64,000 bases of DNA. Source: an uncultured Acidobacteriota bacterium (GTDB lineage: Bacteria; Acidobacteriota; Vicinamibacteria; Vicinamibacterales; UBA2999). Within the stretch, counting starts at the first letter, position 1; every line of letters begins with the position of its first letter. A model generated the notes under the pieces. It was not told the origin of the DNA. It was given only the letters and a program-made list of their open reading frames with translations, and ran no database searches. Below are positions 20,102 to 29,187 of the stretch, piece by piece. The position numbers and the translations under genes are program-made. The stretch covers positions 669,760-733,759 of the forward strand of contig CAVUHC010000006.1 of the NCBI GenBank assembly GCA_963741135.1. Reading direction: 5' to 3'.

Positions 20102-21255
20102 CCAAACGGAAAATCTGCGTCGTTGTCACCGCCCGCCCCAGCTATTCCCGCATCCGCACCGCTCTCGCGGCCATTAACGAGCATCCCGATCTCGAGCTGC
20201 AGCTCGTGGTCGCCGCGTCGGCGCTGCTCGATCGCTACGGCAACGCGATTCAGGCGATCGAGCGCGACGGGTTCACGATCGCGCAGCGCGTCTACATGGT
20301 GCTCGAGGGCGAGAACCTCGTGACATCAGCGAAGTCCACCGGCATCGGACTCTCGGAGCTTGCGACGGTGTTCGACAATCTCAAGCCGGACGCGGTCGTC
20401 ACGATCGCGGACCGCTACGAGACGCTCGCAACCGCCGTCGCGGCGTCGTACATGAACATCCCCGTGGTGCACGTGCAAGGCGGGGAAGTGACCGGATCGA
20501 TCGACGAGAAGGTCCGCCACGCCGTCACGAAGCTCGCGAATCTCCACCTGGTGTCCACCAACCTCGCCGCCGAGCGTGTCCGCCGCCTCGGTGAGGAGCC
20601 GGACAGCATCTTCGTCACCGGATGTCCGTCGATCGACATTGCTGCGGAAGTCGCGGCGCGGCCCGCCATGGATTTCGATCCGTTCGTGAAGTACGGGGGC
20701 GTCGGGCCGACCACCGACCTCTCCAGGGGTTACGTGGTGGTGATGCAGCACCCGGTGACGACCGAGTACGAAGAGGCGCGGCAGCAGGTCGACGAGACGC
20801 TTTATTCGGTGAAACACTTCGGCGTGCCGGTGCTCTGGTTCTGGCCGAATGTCGACGCCGGATCGGACGGGACATCGAAAGGCATCCGCGTGTTCCGCGA
20901 GAAGGAAGATCCACCGAATTTCCACCTGTTCCGCAACATGTCCCCGGAAGATTTCCTCCGTCTCCTGTGCGGCGCGACGGCGATCGTGGGCAACTCGAGC
21001 GTCGCAATCAGGGAATGCTCGTACCTCGGCGTGCCGGCGGTGAACATCGGTAGCCGGCAGCTTGGACGCGAACGCGGGCAGAACGTGATCGACGTGGACC
21101 ACGATCGCAAGGAGATCTCCGACGCAGTCCAGACCCACATCACACGCGGCAAGCCGAAGCGCGACCTGCTGTACGGCGACGGCAAGGCGGGAGGTCGCAT
21201 CGCCGATTGCCTCTCGAAGGTTGAGCTGAAGATCGAGAAGAGACTGACGTACTAG
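20098..21255 (+). CDS. neuC: NeuC-type hydrolysing UDP-N-acetylglucosamine 2-epimerase, intact
   Basis: TTG 20098 overlaps TGA 20099-20101. KICVVVTARPSYSRI, KPDAVVTIADRYETLATAVAASYMNIPVVHVQGGEVTGSIDEKVRHAVTKLANLH, MQHPVTTEY, WPNVDAGSD, GNSSVAIRECSYLGVPAVNIGSRQLGRERG and LYGDGKAGGRIADCL are present. Confidence 0.88.
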   Translation: MTKRKICVVVTARPSYSRIRTALAAINEHPDLELQLVVAASALLDRYGNAIQAIERDGFTIAQRVYMVLEGENLVTSAKSTGIGLSELATVFDNLKPDAVVTIADRYETLATAVAASYMNIPVVHVQGGEVTGSIDEKVRHAVTKLANLHLVSTNLAAERVRRLGEEPDSIFVTGCPSIDIAAEVAARPAMDFDPFVKYGGVGPTTDLSRGYVVVMQHPVTTEYEEARQQVDETLYSVKHFGVPVLWFWPNVDAGSDGTSKGIRVFREKEDPPNFHLFRNMSPEDFLRLLCGATAIVGNSSVAIRECSYLGVPAVNIGSRQLGRERGQNVIDVDHDRKEISDAVQTHITRGKPKRDLLYGDGKAGGRIADCLSKVELKIEKRLTY

Positions 21256-21280
21256 GCGGGTCTCAAGACCCGCCTCTACA
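21256..21280. repeat. REP-like hairpin, GTAGRGG-hairpin family (reverse orientation)
   Basis: GGCGGGTCTCAAGACCCGCC palindrome followed by TCTAC. Its reverse complement reads GTAGAGGCGGGTCTTGAGACCCGCC, matching elements at 32619, 39106, 40159-40210 and 54180. Confidence 0.7.
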
Positions 21281-21285
21281 TTGCG

Positions 21286-22233
21286 ATGACCGTCACCATG
21301 TCGCCGGATCGTCGGGCGCGGATCGCCGCGCTCGACTACAACTACGCGTCACAGCCGAAGCTGACGGTGACGTCCTGCAACCTGTGCGGGGCATCGGAGT
21401 TCGTTGTCCTGGCGCATCGCGATCGCTACGGCTATCCAGCCGAGGCGCACGCGTGCCGTCGCTGCGGCCTCGTCTTTCTCAATCCACGGATGACGGCGGA
21501 CTCGTACGGCCGCTTCTACAACGGCATCTATCGTCCGCTCGTGAGCGCCTTCCACGGACGCCTGATTGACGCCCAGACCATACAGGACGAGCAGCGCGAA
21601 TACGCGGCCGAGCGCGCCGAATTCATCCGCTCGTTCATGGCGAAGTCAGGCGGCCGGACGATGCTCGACATCGGGGGCTCGACCGGGGTGGTCGCCCATC
21701 ACTTCGCGCATGAGTTCGGCCTCGATGGCACGCTAATCGACCCCGCTCCGCTCGAAGTTGAACGAGCGCAGCGGCTTGGCCTCGAGACGATGACAGGGCT
21801 CGTCGAAGAACAGGACTTCGGCAACCGCCGCTTCGACGTTGTGATCATCTGCCAGACGGTCGACCACCTCCTCGACGTCGCCGGCACGCTCGCACGCGTG
21901 CGCCAGCTGTTGTCGGACAACGGTCTTTTCTTCATCGATATCGTGGACTTCCGCGCCGCGTACCTGCGCAACTGGTCGGTCGAGGACGCAGTGAAGATCG
22001 ATCATCCGTACTACCTGACCGAGTCGACGATGGTGGCGTACTTGAGGAGCAAGGGATTCGAGGTCCTCCGCAGCGACTACGCGGCCGATCATCTGCATGT
22101 GAGCTACGTCTGTCGACCCGGCACTGCGGACGCGGACGTCATGCCGGCGGCCGCGTCGGTCGACGAGTTGTTGCGCGAGGTTCGGTTTGTGCAGAACACT
22201 CGCGGACCTGAAAGGTTCGCGCCGCGTCCGTAA
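21286..22233 (+). CDS. Class I SAM-dependent methyltransferase with N-terminal Cys4 ribbon
   Basis: CNLCGAS..HACRRCGLVFLNP (paired CxxC), MLDIGGSTGVVAHHF (motif I), FDVVIICQTVDHLLD and LSDNGLFFIDIVD are present. It is embedded between neuC and neuA. Confidence 0.8.
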   Translation: MTVTMSPDRRARIAALDYNYASQPKLTVTSCNLCGASEFVVLAHRDRYGYPAEAHACRRCGLVFLNPRMTADSYGRFYNGIYRPLVSAFHGRLIDAQTIQDEQREYAAERAEFIRSFMAKSGGRTMLDIGGSTGVVAHHFAHEFGLDGTLIDPAPLEVERAQRLGLETMTGLVEEQDFGNRRFDVVIICQTVDHLLDVAGTLARVRQLLSDNGLFFIDIVDFRAAYLRNWSVEDAVKIDHPYYLTESTMVAYLRSKGFEVLRSDYAADHLHVSYVCRPGTADADVMPAAASVDELLREVRFVQNTRGPERFAPRP

Positions 22234-22245
22234 GGTTCGCGCCGC
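22201..22245. repeat. REP-like element overlapping the MTase 3' end
   Basis: CGCGGACCTGAAAGGTTCGCGCCGCG is nearly identical to 32575-32600 (one T/C difference). AAGGTTCGCGCCGC occurs twice (22212-22225 and 22232-22245). Confidence 0.65.
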
Positions 22246-22251
22246 ATCTGA

Positions 22252-22944
22252 ATGTCTCTCGTCCTTGGAATCGTTCCGGCGCGTGGCGGATCGAAGGGTG
22301 TGCCGGGCAAGAACGTGCGACCGCTCGCCGGGCGGACGCTCCTTGAGTACACAGCGCGCGCCGCGCGTGAGTCTGGCGTCCTCGATCGCGTGATCCTCAG
22401 TACCGATTCGCCGGAGGTCGCCGATACGGGACGACGGGCGGGGCTTGACGTGCCGTTCATGCGGCCCGCGACGCTCGCCAGTGACGACACGCCGATGCTG
22501 CCGGTGATCCAGCATGCACTCGAGTCGCTGGCGCGCGACGGCTGGTCGCCCGACATGATCGTCCTCCTCCAGCCGACGTCTCCGCTGCGGCGGCCCGATC
22601 ACATCCGGGCCGCCGTCACGACGCTGCGCGACACGAAGGCGGATTCAGTCGTGACGGTTGTCGAGATTCCGCGCCACCTGTCGCCCGATTACGTGATGCG
22701 TCTCGACGGAGGGCGTCTCCTGCCGTTCCTGCCGGAAGGCGCGCGCGTGACCCGCCGCCAGGACGCGCGACCCGCGTACTCTCGCGATGGCACCGTCTAC
22801 GCGTTCTGGCGCGCGACGATCGAGCGGTTCGGCGGTATTTACGGAGAGGATTGTCGGCCGCTGCTGATCGACGCGCGCGAATCGCTGAGCATCGACTCAC
22901 CGGCGGACTGGGATGCAGCCGAACGCCTCCTCGCAGGTCGCTAG
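22252..22944 (+). CDS. neuA: Acylneuraminate (NulO) cytidylyltransferase
   Basis: LGIVPARGGSKGVPGKNV, LSTDS, DVPFMRP, DDTPMLPVIQHAL, IVLLQPTSPLRR, RRQDARPAYSRDGTVY and LSIDSPADWDAAE are present. Confidence 0.88.
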   Translation: MSLVLGIVPARGGSKGVPGKNVRPLAGRTLLEYTARAARESGVLDRVILSTDSPEVADTGRRAGLDVPFMRPATLASDDTPMLPVIQHALESLARDGWSPDMIVLLQPTSPLRRPDHIRAAVTTLRDTKADSVVTVVEIPRHLSPDYVMRLDGGRLLPFLPEGARVTRRQDARPAYSRDGTVYAFWRATIERFGGIYGEDCRPLLIDARESLSIDSPADWDAAERLLAGR

Positions 22945-22962
22945 CGATGCTCATCGAGACAG

Positions 22963-23030
22963 GCCACGGAGGCACGAAGGCACGGAGAACAATTGCGATT
23001 CCTAGCTCCGTGTTTCCGTGTCTCCGTGGC
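22963..23030. repeat. Imperfect inverted repeat built from CACGGAG-type words
   Basis: The left arm is GCCACGGAGGCACGAAGGCACGGAG (22963-22987). The right arm is CTCCGTGTTTCCGTGTCTCCGTGGC (23006-23030). They are complementary at 21 of 25 positions, with an 18-nt spacer. The element overlaps the GTG 23018 start given for B3. Confidence 0.7.
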
Positions 23031-24079
23031 CCGTCGCAGTGACGTCGCTTCGACATCTGGTTCCGCGCCCTTTGCGGCTGGCGGCGAGCGCGTACCTCGC
23101 GCGACGCCACAGCGCGCAACTCCAGGGCGATCTCGCGGCGATAGCGGCGCGCCGGACAGTCATCGTGGCTGGACCGTGGCTCGGCGAGGTGGGGTTTGAG
23201 CTGCTCTACTGGGTCCCGTTTATCCGATGGTTTGCGGAACGCTTCAACGTACCTCCGGAGCGGCTTATCGTCGTGTCGCGAGGTGGTACCTCGTCCTGGT
23301 ATCGACCGTTTGCTTCGCGATACTTCGACGCCTTCGATCGGGTGACGCCGGAGACCTTCCGCGGCCAGCACGACGCACGCGTACGCGATCTCGGCGAGCA
23401 GAAGCAGACGCGCCTCACCGAATTCGATCGAGAGCTGATCGACGCCGCGACGCGGAGGACGAATGTCTCCGACTGGTCACTGTTACACCCCTCGCGCATG
23501 TACGCCCTGCTCAATCCGTACTGGTGGGGCCACCTGTCGAGCGGCTGGGTGCATCAACACACGCGCTATGCGCGCCTGTCTGAGCCTGATCGCATGGCCG
23601 ACATCGACATGCCGGAGCGGTATGTGGCGGCGAAGTTCTACTTCAATGATTGCTTTCCGGCCAACGCGCAGAATCGTGCGTTCGTACGCGATGCCCTTCG
23701 GACGCTTGCGGGCCGGGGACCGGTCGTCGCGCTGTCGACCGGGTTGAACATCGACGATCACGGCGGCGTGCGCCTCGATGAGTACGGCGTGCGCCATCTT
23801 CCCGAAGGGATTGATCCGGCGCGCAATCTGCACGTGCAGAGCACGCTGGTTTCACGCGCGCAGGCGTTTGTCGGTACCTACGGCGGGTTTTCCTACATGG
23901 CACCGTTCTACGGCGTCAGGTCCCTGGCGTTCTACAGCGACCCGTCGGGCTTTTCGCAGAAGCATCTTCACATGGCGCGATCCGCGTTCGACACGATCGG
24001 AGCGGCCGGCCTGCTGGACGTCCGCGACGCCGCCGCGGGTGCCGAAGCCGTGGATCACGCGTGGGCGGCGGGAGCGTGA
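23018..24079 (+). CDS. Family-B paralog B3, intact (start may be GTG 23042)
   Basis: VIVAGPWLGEVGFELLYWVPFIRWF, VSRGGTSSWY, HPSRMYALL, YVAAKFYFNDCFP, VALSTGLNIDDH and NLHVQSTLVSRAQAFVGTYGGFSYMAPFYGVRSLAFYSD are present. Confidence 0.78.
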   Translation: MSPWPVAVTSLRHLVPRPLRLAASAYLARRHSAQLQGDLAAIAARRTVIVAGPWLGEVGFELLYWVPFIRWFAERFNVPPERLIVVSRGGTSSWYRPFASRYFDAFDRVTPETFRGQHDARVRDLGEQKQTRLTEFDRELIDAATRRTNVSDWSLLHPSRMYALLNPYWWGHLSSGWVHQHTRYARLSEPDRMADIDMPERYVAAKFYFNDCFPANAQNRAFVRDALRTLAGRGPVVALSTGLNIDDHGGVRLDEYGVRHLPEGIDPARNLHVQSTLVSRAQAFVGTYGGFSYMAPFYGVRSLAFYSDPSGFSQKHLHMARSAFDTIGAAGLLDVRDAAAGAEAVDHAWAAGA

Positions 24080-25329
24080 CTGAACGCGGCTGGGCGGCGG
24101 TCGACGCACGCGCCCGGACGGCGAAGCGCGCGGCGTTCGCGGAGACCAAGCGCGGATTCAAGCTGGTACGGGAGCGTCTTCGCAACGCGGCGATTGCCGC
24201 CGTCAACCTTTCGGCGAAGCAGCTGCGGCGCGTATCGTGGTTCGGCGCGCGAGTGCAGAAGCAGGTGCACGAGCTCGGTGAAACGAAGAAGCGCGTCGAT
24301 ACGTTTCGCGCCGAGTGGGCGATCGAGCGCGACATCGCGCGCGTCGTTTCCGGTTCGGATCCGATCATCGTCGGGCCGTGGCTCTCGGAAGTCGGGTACG
24401 AGGTTCTGTATTGGGTGCCCTTCGTGCGGTGGGTTCAGTCGGAGTTCCGGATTCCTGCCTCCCGCCTGGTCGTGGTGACGCGAGGAGGGGCCGCATCCTG
24501 GTATTCGGACATCACGACGAACACCGTGGAGCTGTTCGATCTGATGTCACCGGACGACTACGCTTCACGCAACGCGCAACGCAGCGCCGAGGATCGCGGC
24601 ACGCTCAAGCAGTTCGGTGTCTCACCGATGGATCGCGAGATCGTCGCGGAGGTCGAGCGGCGGATTGGCGCGAGCCGGACGCGCCTCCTCCATCCGTCTC
24701 TGATGTATCAGCTGTTCCACCAGTTCTGGCTGGGACACCGGCCGCCGTCATTCCTCGAGAAGCGAACCAGATACCGGCTGATGTCGCCGCCCGATGTCGC
24801 GCTTCCCCCGCTTCCCGCGCAGTTCGTTGCGGTGAAGTTCTATACGGCCGCCTCGCTGCCGCCGACCGATCCGGTGCGTCGCGCGCTGCAATCGATCGTC
24901 CTTGGCCTGGCCGAGCAGACGCCGGTCGTGATGCTCGATACGGGGCTGGCGCTGGACGACCACGAGGACTATTCGTTTGCGGCCGCGTCTCGTGTTCACA
25001 GCGTTCGCGAGTCGTTCCACCCGCGCGACAATCTCGCGGTGCAGACGGCGATCATCGCCCGTGCCTCGTCATTCGTCGGCACCTGCGGCGCGCTCGCATG
25101 GCTGGCGCCGATGCTTGGCATCGACACGACCGCCGTGCTCGCCGACCCGCGGTTCCTGCATGGACACCTGCAGGTCGCCCGCCGGGTCTACCAGGTGATA
25201 GAGGGCGGACGATTCTCGCCGCTCGACATTTCCGCGTTCGATCAGCTCGGCATCGAGCTGTCGCGCGCCAGGGGCTCCATGACTGACGACCGAAGACCGC
25301 AGACTGTAGACGGCGGGACCCGACCATGA
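24061..25329 (+). CDS. Family-B paralog B4, intact, long basic N-terminal extension (alternative start GTG 24076 in a GTGA overlap)
   Basis: IIVGPWLSEVGYEVLYWVPFVRWV, VTRGGAASWY, HPSLMYQLF, FVAVKFYTAASLPPT, VMLDTGLALDDHEDY and NLAVQTAIIARASSFVGTCGALAWLAPMLGIDTTAVLAD are present. Confidence 0.8.
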   Translation: MGGGSVTERGWAAVDARARTAKRAAFAETKRGFKLVRERLRNAAIAAVNLSAKQLRRVSWFGARVQKQVHELGETKKRVDTFRAEWAIERDIARVVSGSDPIIVGPWLSEVGYEVLYWVPFVRWVQSEFRIPASRLVVVTRGGAASWYSDITTNTVELFDLMSPDDYASRNAQRSAEDRGTLKQFGVSPMDREIVAEVERRIGASRTRLLHPSLMYQLFHQFWLGHRPPSFLEKRTRYRLMSPPDVALPPLPAQFVAVKFYTAASLPPTDPVRRALQSIVLGLAEQTPVVMLDTGLALDDHEDYSFAAASRVHSVRESFHPRDNLAVQTAIIARASSFVGTCGALAWLAPMLGIDTTAVLADPRFLHGHLQVARRVYQVIEGGRFSPLDISAFDQLGIELSRARGSMTDDRRPQTVDGGTRP

Positions 25330-26464
25330 GCATTCGTGACGTGCTCGTCACCGGCGGCGCCGGGTATATCGGCTCACACCTCGTCGACGCCCTCGTCGCG
25401 CGCGAGTACCGCGTCACCGTGCTCGACAACCTCGAGCCACAGGTGCATCGCTCTGGCACCTGGCCGTCCTACGCCAACCCGAAGGCGAAGTACGTGAAAG
25501 GCGACGTGCGCGATCGGTCGGTCTTCGAGCCGCTCGTCCTGGCGTCGCAGGCGGTCGTGCATTTCGGCGCCGCGGTGAGTATCGGCCAGAGCATGTATCA
25601 GATCGATCGGTACGTGGATGTGAACACGCGCGGCACGGCGCTCCTGCTGGACATCCTCGTCAACACGAAGCACAAGGTCGAGAAGGTGCTCGTCGCGTCC
25701 TCGATCGGGGTGTACGGCGAAGGCGCGTACACGTGCGCGACGCACGGCGCGGTCGCGCCGACGATCCGCCCGGAGCAGCAGCTCGCCGCGCGAGACTGGG
25801 AGCAGCACTGCCCCCATTGCGGCAAACACGTGACGTCGATCCCGACGCCGGAAGACAAGGCGCTCTACCGCGACAACATCTACTCGATGACGAAGTATCA
25901 CCAGGAAGAAATGGTCCTGCTCATCGGAAAGACCTACGGCATACCTTCGGTGGCGCCGCGCTTCTTCAACGTCTACGGCCCTCGCCAGAGCCTGAGCAAT
26001 CCATACGCGGGCGTCGCGGCAATCTGGTTGAGCCGGCTGTTGAATGGGAAGCAGCCGGTTGTCTTCGAGGACGGCGGCCAGCTGCGCGACTTCGTGTCGA
26101 TTCACGACGTCGTCGATTGCCTGATCCTGATGCTCGAGAAGCCCGGGGCCGATTACCTGCCGGTCAACGTCGGCTCTGGACAGACGGTGACGATCCTCGA
26201 GATCGCGAACATTCTCAGCACGCCTGCTCGGGTCGCTCCATCGAACCGCAGATCACGCAGAGCGGACGCAAGTTCGACATCCGCCACAACACGGCCGACA
26301 TCGCCCGCGCGCGCGAGACGCTCGGGTTCGCGCCCAAGGTCACACTCGACCAGGGCTTCTCGGAACTGATCGAGTGGGCGAAAACGACGCCGGATGTGGC
26401 CGTCGACTTCTTCGACAAGGCGCTGCAGGAGCTCCAGGACAAGGGGCTCCTGGTCAAGTCGTGA
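25326..26464 (+). pseudogene. NAD-dependent epimerase/dehydratase (extended SDR) with Cys/His-rich insert; one frame change near 26215-26235
   Basis: ATG 25326 overlaps TGA 25327-25329. VLVTGGAGYIGSHLVDAL and YSMTKYHQE (YxxxK) are present, with the insert CATHG..QHCPHCGKH. The C-terminal part (IRHNTADIARARETLGFAPKVTLDQGFSELIEW) is in the frame of ORF 25733..26464. Confidence 0.75.
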
Positions 26465-26478
26465 GCCCGAGCTCCCTG

Positions 26479-26537
26479 CCAACTGCCAACTCCCAAGCGT
26501 TGGGATTTGGGATTTGGGATTTGGGTTTTGGGATTTA
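26479..26537. repeat. Word-palindrome repeat: CCAACT/CCAACTCCCAA facing (TTGGGAT)n tandem heptamers
   Basis: The sequence is CCAACTGCCAACTCCCAAGCG followed by TTGGGAT TTGGGAT TTGGGAT TTGGGTT TTGGGAT. The 3' end TTGGGTTTTGGGATTTACCG matches 44571-44590 at 19 of 20 positions. Confidence 0.75.
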
Positions 26538-26540
26538 CCG

Positions 26541-26989
26541 TTGATCGTCGATTTCGAGCAGTTGAAGAACTTACCGGAAGAAGGTCGCGATGGTCGACGG
26601 CGCATTCGACCCGCTGCACCGCGGGACACATCGAGTATTTTCGCGCCGCTGCCGGGCAGCTCGACGTGCCGCTGCTCTGCAACGTCGCTTCCGATCGCTA
26701 CGTCCGGACCAAGCATCCGCCGCTGCTCCCCGAGGATCATCGCGCTGCGGTCGTCGACGCCATCCGGTTCATCAGCTACACGCACATCAACCAGTTCGAC
26801 ACCGAGACGATCCTGCGCGAGCTGCAGCCGAAGTACTACGTGAAGGGCAGGGACTGGGAAGGACGTCTTCCACCCGACCAGGTGCGCATCTGCGCCGAGT
26901 GCGGCATCCAGGTCGTCTACCTCGATACCGTCATGGATTCTTCGAGCCGAATCCTCAAGAGCTATACGGAGCAACAGAGCCAGCGATGA
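26541..26989 (+). pseudogene. Small cytidylyl/adenylyl-transferase of the HxGH family (TagD / RfaE domain II-like); about 2 frame changes at 26580-26630
   Basis: The reconstructed sequence is ..VAMVDGAFDPLHRGHIEYFRAAAG..VASDRYVRTKHPPLLPEDHRAAVVDAIRFISY..YYVKGRDWEG..VVYLD. The G-x-FD-x-x-H-x-GH block needs two frame corrections. The remainder is in ORF 26507..26989. Confidence 0.65.
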
Positions 26990-27667
26990 ACATCACCGAG
27001 TTCGAGCAGCGCGTCATCGATCAGAAGCCGGTCGGATCCGGACATTACGATTCGGAGTACTTCACGGGCGACTGGCGCGCCGAGGGCAACAACTACAACC
27101 TCGAGACACGCCGGCAGATCGAGGCGAAGAATCCATCCCTGATCAGGGACGTGTTCCAGCCGAAGAAGGTGCTCGACCTCGGATGCGGCCCCGGTGCGTT
27201 GATGCATCTGCTGTGGGAGCTCGGCGTCGACGTCGAGGGCATCGACTTCGCGGAGAGCAGCAAGCAGCTCGCGACGCCCGAGGTTCGCGATCGCATCACC
27301 GTCGGCTACGTCGGAGACCCGACGATCAAGCCGGCCAGCGCTACGACCTGGTGATCTGCCGCGAGGTGCTCGAGCACCTCACCGTCCTGCAGGTGAAGCA
27401 GACCGTCGCCAACATGGTGCGGATGACGTCGAAGTTCATCTATGTGACGACGCGGTTTCATCCCAAGCCCCGCGAACCTGCTCGACTTCACGACGCAGTT
27501 CGACGTCGATCCCAGCCACATCACGCTGCTGAACAAGGACATGCTGCGCCTGATGTTCGTGCTCGAGGGCTGCCGCTCGCGCCCCGATCTCGAGGCGCGG
27601 ATGGACTGGGGCAACAAGGGACGCGTGCTCGTGCTCGGAGAAGCTCGTGACTCGCGAAGGTCACTGA
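26986..27667 (+). pseudogene. Class I SAM-dependent methyltransferase, at least 3 frame changes
   Basis: ATG 26986 overlaps TGA 26987-26989. VLDLGCGPGALMHLL (motif I) is in the ORF 26590.. frame. YDLVICREVLEHL and KFIYVTTRFHP are in ORF 27183... DVDPSHITLLNKDMLRLMF is in a third frame. Confidence 0.65.
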
Positions 27668-27670
27668 CGC

Positions 27671-28142
27671 ATGCCGATTGCGTCCAGCGTTCGTCTCGGC
27701 CGCGACGTCGTGATTCACCATCCGGATCTCGTGAACCTGTACGGCTGCGAGATCGGCGACGAGCACGAAGATCGGCGCGTTCGTCGAGATTCAGAAGAAC
27801 GCGTCCATCGGGCGGCTGTGCAAGATCTCTTCGCACACGTTCATCTGCGAGGGCGTTTCGATCGAGGACGAGGTCTTCGTCGGCCATGGCGTGATGTTCA
27901 TCAACGACCGCTATCCGCGGGCGACCGCGGCCGGCGGCCTCCAGACGGAGGCCGACTGGAAGGTGATGCCGACGCGGATCCGAAACGGCGCGTCGATCGG
28001 CAGCGGCGCCGTCATCATGTGCGGCGTCACCATCGGCGAGCGCGCGATGGTCGGCGCCGGCGCTGTCGTCACGCACGATGTTCCTGACGATGCGGTCGTC
28101 GCGGGCGTGCCGGCGCGCGTGCGCGCGCGGGAGACTCGATGA
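27671..28142 (+). pseudogene. Left-handed beta-helix (hexapeptide) sugar N-acetyltransferase, WbpD/QdtC-like; one frame change near 27765
   Basis: MPIASSVRLGRDVVIHHPDLVNLYGCEIGDE, then after a frame shift KIGAFVEIQKNASIG..ISSHTFICEGVSIEDEVFVGHGVMFINDRYPRA..GASIGSGAVIMCGVTIGERAMVGAGAVVTHDVPDDAVVAGVPARV (ORF 27891..28142). Confidence 0.72.
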
Positions 28143-29183
28143 TTACGGTCGGCGTGATCGGCTACGGCTACTGGGGACCGAACCTCGTTCGCAATTTCGC
28201 GGAAACCCCGGGCGCGCGCGTCGGCTTCGTCACCGACCTGCGCGCCGAGCGTCTGTCGCACGTGACGCGCACGATATCCGGCCACGAAGGTGTCGACCGA
28301 CTACCGCGATCTCATCAACGATCCCGGGGTCGACGCCGTGGCGATCGCCACACCGGTGTCGTCGCACTTCGATCTCGCGATGGAGGCGCTGCGCGCCGGC
28401 AAGCACGTGCTCGTCGAGAAGCCGATGACCTCGACGTCCGAGCAGGCGACGACGCTGATCGAGGAGGCCGAGAAGCGCGGCCTCGTGCTGATGGTCGACC
28501 ACACGTTCGTCTACACCAACGCGGTCGGCAAGATGCGCGAGCTGACGCAGAGCGGCGACCTCGGCGAGATCTACTACTACGACTCGGTGCGCATCAACCT
28601 GGGGCTGTTCCAGCACGACGTCAACGTGCTCTGGGACCTCGCCGTTCACGATCTCTCGATCATGGACTTCGTGCTGGCGACAGTCGCCGGTCGCGGTCTC
28701 GGCCACCGGCCTTGCGCACGTGCCCGGCCAGCCCGAGAACATCGCCTACATGACGATGTTCTTCGACGGGCAGTTGATTGCGCACGTCCACGTGAACTGG
28801 CTCGCGCCGGTGAAGGTGCGGCGCACGCTGCTCGGCGGCAGCCGCCGCATGATCGTGTTCGACGACCTCGAGGCGAGCGAGAAGATCAAGGTGTACGACC
28901 GCGGGATCTCGGTGAATCCCGAGCCAGGAAAACGTGTACCAGATGCTCGTCGGCTACCGCGCCGGCGACATGTGGGCGCCGCAGCTCGGCATCACCGAGG
29001 CGCTGCACACCGAAGCCACGGCACTTCGTCGACTGCATCGAGCAGCAGCAAGACGCCGCGCACCGACGGACACGCCGGCCTTCGCGTCGTGCGCCTGCTC
29101 GAGGCGGCGACGCGAATCGATGGCGCAGCAGGGGCGCTCGTTCTCGGTCGCCGCATCAACGCACGGCCGTGCCAGGTACGTGA
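28139..29183 (+). pseudogene. Gfo/Idh/MocA-family NAD-dependent sugar oxidoreductase (WbpB-like), at least 3 frame changes
   Basis: ATG 28139 overlaps TGA 28140-28142. ITVGVIGYGYWGPNLVRNF, DAVAIATPVSSHFDLAMEALRAGKHVLVEKPM, LMVDHTFVY, VLWDLAVHDLSI, HVHVNWLAPVKVR and YRAGDMWAPQL are spread over ORFs 28139.., 28290.., 28720.. and 28934... The end point is approximate. Confidence 0.68.
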
Positions 29184-29187
29184 AGAC

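Noticed and set aside
18335-21255. Very long ORFs 18335..20101 (588 aa) and 18976..21255 (759 aa), which suggest large fusion proteins.
   Set aside because: Their N-terminal halves are Arg-rich out-of-frame read-through across B2 and neuB. Recognisable NeuB and NeuC sequence begins only at 19034 and 20098, exactly at 4-nt overlaps with the preceding stops.
26500-26534. Tandem TTGGGAT heptamers and other short-period repeats (44548-44589, 63658-63687, 63843-63874), considered as a CRISPR array or coding tandem repeat.
   Set aside because: The period is 7 nt, there are no spacers and the total length is under 45 nt. They pair with complementary words nearby, which is REP/palindrome behaviour. 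No cas genes are present.
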